A stretch of 10,579 nt of DNA, taken from the NCBI GenBank assembly GCA_011364925.1, contig RDOA01000075.1, positions 1 to 10,579 of the forward strand. Reading direction: 5' to 3'. Both the position numbers and the translations under genes were made by a program. A model generated the notes under the pieces. That model did no database searches. It saw nothing but the letters and a program-made list of their open reading frames with translations, and was not told the DNA's origin. The DNA is from Promethearchaeota archaeon. Lineage in GTDB: Archaea > Asgardarchaeota > Lokiarchaeia > Sigyniarchaeales > SOKP01. Shown here one piece after another: positions 6,694 through 10,579 of the stretch; positions within the stretch are counted from its first letter, which is position 1; each line of letters starts with the position of its first letter.

Positions 6694-7155
6694 TCACACT
6701 TTAACGAAACCCTTAATATCTGATGGGTCTCCTTTTGGTTTTTCTGCCCAATCGATTTTCACCTTCATTCCGATTTTAACTTCACTAGGTTCAAGATCTA
6801 GCAACCTATAGACTATGGATGTATTACTCCCGTCAATTTGCACCATTCCAAGTAATAAATTTTTAGCTTTTCTAAGAGTTCTATCATTGATTCTGTAAGG
6901 CGTTATGGTATAATTTACGACCGTACCTGTATCGGGTAAATCGACCCAATTCTCTTCTAAGGGAATTACAACATTACATTCTCCGCAAACTTTTCTCGGA
7001 GGGACAAAGACCGCACCACACTTTGTGCATTTGTTGCCAATGACTTTTTTATTTTCTAAATTGTCATAAAACTTATCTAAATAGCGTCCGACCCAGAAAT
7101 TAAAGTCAGCGCGAACTAGGCCCCTATTTGCAACAATAACTTTATCTTCACTCAT
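6694..7155 (-). CDS. DUF35-family Zn-ribbon/OB-fold protein, copy A
   Basis: KKVIGNKCTKCGAVFVPPRKVCGEC, WVDLPDTGTVVNYT and VKIGMKVKIDW. First gene of the operon. Confidence 0.92.
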   Translation of the reverse strand: MSEDKVIVANRGLVRADFNFWVGRYLDKFYDNLENKKVIGNKCTKCGAVFVPPRKVCGECNVVIPLEENWVDLPDTGTVVNYTITPYRINDRTLRKAKNLLLGMVQIDGSNTSIVYRLLDLEPSEVKIGMKVKIDWAEKPKGDPSDIKGFVKV

Positions 7156-7365
7156 TTTAGTCCCGTTTTTATTTTAATTTTTATGAGAATTAAATTGCTA
7201 ATTCTTTAAATACTTATTATATTGAGAAGTCCTTAACCTAATACTATATGGTAAAATGTAGAATTTCGAATAATTATTACTTAATCAATAGACCCACCTT
7301 AAAATCTGATGTACGATATCTTCGTTGAATAATATTTTTCTTTAAATGAAAAAGATCAATAAAGA

Positions 7366-7385
7366 ATAAATGAACATTCATTCAG
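7366..7385. promoter_or_regulatory. Palindromic operator (TetR/FadR-box-like) in the divergent promoter region
   Basis: ATAAATGAACATTCATTCAG contains perfect arms AATGAA (7369-7374) and TTCATT (7377-7382) around CA. Confidence 0.5.
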
Positions 7386-7434
7386 TGAACGCGGATTCGG
7401 TAAAAAGTGAGAAACTTTAACCATTGCAAGTGTA

Positions 7435-7450
7435 GGAAAACATTTATATA
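7435..7450 (+). promoter_or_regulatory. Candidate BRE/TATA promoter of the NMO/FabK-like gene
   Basis: GGAAAACA-TTTATATA. A second candidate, TTTATATAAA, lies at 7479-7488. Confidence 0.45.
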
Positions 7451-7542
7451 CTACAATTCAATTTTGATAAAGTAATTATTTATATAAAAAACTATTTGAG
7501 TAAATTTACTCTAATATCTAACTGAAAAGAATGTGACTTAAA

Positions 7543-8601
7543 ATGGTTATTGAAACGAATATTACCAAGATGCTTGGAATTAAACACCCAATCCTAAGTG
7601 CTCCAATGGGTCCGTTTTATACGACTAAATTAACTGTAGCAGTGTCAGAAGCGGGTGGATTAGGCGTATTAAGCCATGTGACTCTTCATGGGACTGTGAC
7701 TCTAAACGAAATGAAGAAAAGCATGGAATATGTCGTAGAGCACACTGATAAGCCTTTTGGATTTAATATTAGAACAGCTAGATTACAACCAGACGCTATA
7801 AAACTTTGCAGGCAATTACCTAAATTTATTATGGAAAACCAACGCATAAGAGAACAGTGCGTTTTCTTACTTACTAGTGCCGGATCACCAAAAATGATGT
7901 ATAACAAGCATTTTGATGCACTTAGAGACTCTGGTTCACAAATTAAACATTTTCATGTCGCTCCCTCGATTGATTTAGCTAAAAAGCTCGTAGATGGCGG
8001 AATCGATGGAATAGTTGCTACAGGAATCGAAGGTGGAGGTCATCAATCCTACGACAACATTAGTACATTAGTTCTTTTGCAAGAAGTTCGACAAAAGTTA
8101 CCGGAAGTGCCGGTAATCGCTTCAGGAGGGTACGCTACGGGTGAGGGATTAGCGTCAGCATTATCTATGGGGGCTGGCGCTATTGCGATGGGTTCTCGCT
8201 TTATTTCATCAAAAGAATGTGAATTTCACGATAATTACAAACAGATTGTTGTTAATTCCACTACATCTGACACAGAACTCAAGACGGGAATCTTTGGTCC
8301 TGCTCGAGTCTGGAAGAACGCACTTGCCGAAACCCAGAGTTTAGTTGAAAGTAAAGAAGAAAAACAGGCTGAAGAAAGATCAATGTCTAAAGTTGAAAGG
8401 GAATTAGCTGAACTTGAAATGACCTATAAGGGTAATGTGCAAGAGGGGACTGTATATTTAGGACAAAGTATTGGACTAATTAATCGCGTTGAAACTGTTA
8501 AGGACATCATTGAAAATATCGTATACGACGCGGAAAAAAGCTTAACGAACGCATATAATACGATCAAACCGACCTTTATAGAGCAAACAGTAGAATTATA
8601 G
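7543..8601 (+). CDS. Nitronate monooxygenase / FabK-like FMN-dependent TIM-barrel oxidoreductase (possible enoyl-CoA reductase)
   Basis: Motifs ITKMLGIKHPILSAPMG, VSEAGGLG, KPFGFN, GIEGGGH (catalytic His), PVIASGG, MGSRF and GQSIGLI. Confidence 0.9.
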   Translation: MVIETNITKMLGIKHPILSAPMGPFYTTKLTVAVSEAGGLGVLSHVTLHGTVTLNEMKKSMEYVVEHTDKPFGFNIRTARLQPDAIKLCRQLPKFIMENQRIREQCVFLLTSAGSPKMMYNKHFDALRDSGSQIKHFHVAPSIDLAKKLVDGGIDGIVATGIEGGGHQSYDNISTLVLLQEVRQKLPEVPVIASGGYATGEGLASALSMGAGAIAMGSRFISSKECEFHDNYKQIVVNSTTSDTELKTGIFGPARVWKNALAETQSLVESKEEKQAEERSMSKVERELAELEMTYKGNVQEGTVYLGQSIGLINRVETVKDIIENIVYDAEKSLTNAYNTIKPTFIEQTVEL

Positions 8602-8621
8602 TTGTATTGTTACGCACCTAA

Positions 8622-8640
8622 ATTTTATTATCTTTTTTTA
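8622..8640 (+). terminator. Candidate oligo-T terminator
   Basis: ATTTTATTATCTTTTTTTA about 20-40 nt after the stop at 8601. Confidence 0.4.
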
Positions 8641-8920
8641 TATCTCAAATTATTTCGTTCGTAACGAGTTTGTTTAATCATATTACCTACATATCATAAT
8701 GTTTAATTTGTTTTGATAATCATTATTTAACCAAATTATAGTTTTTCAAAATGCTTGAGATAAGATAAGGAACTAGATGCTTCAGAGATTCTTTGAATTA
8801 CTCACTCGTGTTCTTGATCGATACACTTAGATATTTCTTCCATTTAAATAGTCATGCGTATAGAGATTCATACTAGAGCAAAAACTAGTTTAACAAAAAA
8901 GAATGGGTAGTGGTTGAAAA

Positions 8921-9262
8921 TTGGGTAGGTTATGGAAAAAAGTGGAGACAGATCTTTTAAGTACACCCGCTGAAACAATGGGTTTTTCCCGAGAGTTCTC
9001 AACGGTAAAACAGAGTTTCACCATCAAGAAATACGACTTCTCTTCACTGGAACAAGTTGAGGAAATTAAAAAGGAGCTTTTAGGAAAAAGAATTTTAATT
9101 CTTAACGCAACAGAAGTACTAAAAAATGTTGATATCACGCAATTAAAAAGAGGGATAGAAGATTTAAAATCATTCTTAAGAGAAAACGGTGGTTCTATGG
9201 CGCGCCTTGGAGATCAATATTTAATCTTGACGCCAAACTCTTGGGTTAAAATCTCTAATTAA
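8921..9262 (+). CDS. sepF: Cell division protein SepF (archaeal type)
   Basis: Short N-terminal putative membrane-targeting helix MGRLWKKV, then a linker, then the SepF core SSLEQVEEIKKEL..KRILILN..QLKRGIEDLK..GGSMARLGDQYLILTP..VKI. TTG start. Confidence 0.85.
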   Translation: MGRLWKKVETDLLSTPAETMGFSREFSTVKQSFTIKKYDFSSLEQVEEIKKELLGKRILILNATEVLKNVDITQLKRGIEDLKSFLRENGGSMARLGDQYLILTPNSWVKISN

Positions 9263-9499
9263 TTAAATTTCATATATGTAATAATTTTTCCAGAAGTCTT
9301 TAACAATACCATAGTATTCATTGTTGGATAGAGACTTTCCTCTAATACGCGCTTGCCAGACAGCATTTCTTAATTTGTTCTCGAAGAGTACTGTTGCGTC
9401 TTGATTATGACGCTTAATTTCTGGTTTTATATTGGCAAAACTAGCCATAACTTGTATAATCTTCTTCTCGTTCATAAATTCTTGGTTAATTTGAATCAT
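9263..9499 (-). CDS. Small hypothetical protein (78 aa from ATG 9499)
   Basis: The ORF fills the gap between sepF and the AKR promoter region. ATG 9499 is preceded by SD-like GGAGTGTGA, so it is preferred over TTG 9514. No family recognised. Confidence 0.6.
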   Translation of the reverse strand: MIQINQEFMNEKKIIQVMASFANIKPEIKRHNQDATVLFENKLRNAVWQARIRGKSLSNNEYYGIVKDFWKNYYIYEI

Positions 9500-9691
9500 T
9501 ATTTCACACTCCAATCTTTTTTTTATTTTTATTATTAAGTAATACTATTGCATGAATACATATTTAGTTTCTTACTCAAAACTTTGATTGGAGTCTTGAA
9601 TAAATAATAAACTCCATGCATTAATTTAAACAAAGAAAGCATAAGTTATTACAATAACAAACTTTTTAAAAAAACAGATTAATTGTTGATT

Positions 9692-10552
9692 ATGGAAACT
9701 CGAATTTTTGGAAGGACTCAGGCTAGAATAACATTTATTACAATGGGAGGATGCGGATTAGGGTACGTTGACCAGAAGGAAGCTGATAAGGCCGTAAAAC
9801 TTGCCATGGAACATGGAATCAATATCATAGATGTCGCTCCGACCTATGGTAATGCAGAAATACGCCTTAATCCTTGGATTGAAAAATATAGGAATAAATT
9901 CTTTTTATCAGAAAAAACTCTAAAGAGAAAAAAGAGTGCAGCTTTAAGACAACTAAGTAAATCCTTAGAAAAGCTTGGGACCTCTTATTTTGATTTGTAT
10001 CAATTTCACGCAGTTTCGTCTATGGACGAGCTAAATCAAATTCTAGGAGAAAATGGAGCCATGGAGGCTTTTAAAGAGGCGAAAGAAACAGGATTGATTA
10101 AAAATATTGGTATTACAGCACACGAAGATGTAGGAGTGCTCCAAAAAGCTCTCGAGCTATCTGATGATATTGATACAGTTTTACTACCTGTTTACCTAGC
10201 GGCGGATGTACAACCTAGCCCTGTTAATGATTTTAGGAAGGTTCTAGAAATTGCCCGGGAGAAAAACATTGGAGTAACTGCTATAAAAGCAATATCTAAA
10301 AGTCGATGGACCGGAGAAGCATATTATAATACTTGGTACGAACCCTTGGATAACCAAGAACTAATAGATCAAGCAGTGTGGTATACATTATCTCAAGAAG
10401 GTGTTACAACATATTCTTTACCATGCGATGTGAAATTATGGCCATTAGTGCTGAACGCAGCTATGCGATACAAAAAACTTAACGATAAAGAACAAGAAGA
10501 GATCGTAAGAATAGCCAAGGAAAATAAAGTGAAACCTCTTTTTCCCGAGTAA
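9692..10552 (+). CDS. Aldo/keto reductase
   Basis: METRIFGRT start, with the catalytic tetrad in IDVAPTYG (Asp, Tyr), LSEKT (Lys) and YQFHAV (His), plus GLIKNIGITAH. ATG 9692 lies about 20-25 nt after TTTTTAAAA, consistent with a leaderless transcript. TTG 9683 is the alternative start. Confidence 0.92.
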   Translation: METRIFGRTQARITFITMGGCGLGYVDQKEADKAVKLAMEHGINIIDVAPTYGNAEIRLNPWIEKYRNKFFLSEKTLKRKKSAALRQLSKSLEKLGTSYFDLYQFHAVSSMDELNQILGENGAMEAFKEAKETGLIKNIGITAHEDVGVLQKALELSDDIDTVLLPVYLAADVQPSPVNDFRKVLEIAREKNIGVTAIKAISKSRWTGEAYYNTWYEPLDNQELIDQAVWYTLSQEGVTTYSLPCDVKLWPLVLNAAMRYKKLNDKEQEEIVRIAKENKVKPLFPE

Positions 10553-10579
10553 AGATTCAGAAAAGTTAAAAATATAAAG

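Noticed and set aside
7269-7278. Palindrome AATAATTATT
   Set aside because: A/T-only and expected by chance in this composition.
7686-7907. 73-aa minus-strand ORF
   Set aside because: Antisense to the NMO/FabK-like gene.
8872-8889. ACTAG-N8-CTAGT inverted repeat downstream of a TATA-like TTTAAATA (8843-8850) before sepF
   Set aside because: Arms are only 5 bp, too weak to support without comparative data.
8890-9138. 82-aa minus-strand ORF
   Set aside because: Antisense to sepF.

Overview
AT-rich, gene-dense chromosomal window of archaeal character: BRE/TATA-like promoters, near-leaderless first genes, GGAGG(T) ribosome sites inside operons, oligo-T terminators and an archaeal-type SepF. 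An Asgard/Lokiarchaeia origin is plausible, but this is inference. There are 12 credible CDSs: a 5'-truncated transglutaminase-like protein, a tandem-2TM membrane protein plus PadR-zinc-ribbon operon divergent from a PAP2 phosphatase, a nitroreductase, a four-gene operon (DUF35 / thiolase-fold / thiolase-fold / DUF35), a divergent NMO/FabK-like flavin oxidoreductase, sepF, a small hypothetical protein and an aldo/keto reductase. The most notable system is the four-gene operon. Both thiolase-fold proteins lack the canonical catalytic Cys and the GHP His, and their motifs resemble actinobacterial Ltp4/Ltp3 sterol side-chain aldolases. This suggests an archaeal CoA-ester retro-aldolase complex, with a TetR/FadR-like palindrome in the shared divergent promoter. 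A second candidate system is a 2TM/PadR/PAP2 envelope-stress module with a tandem PadR-like operator. No rRNA, tRNA, CRISPR array or mobile element was seen.
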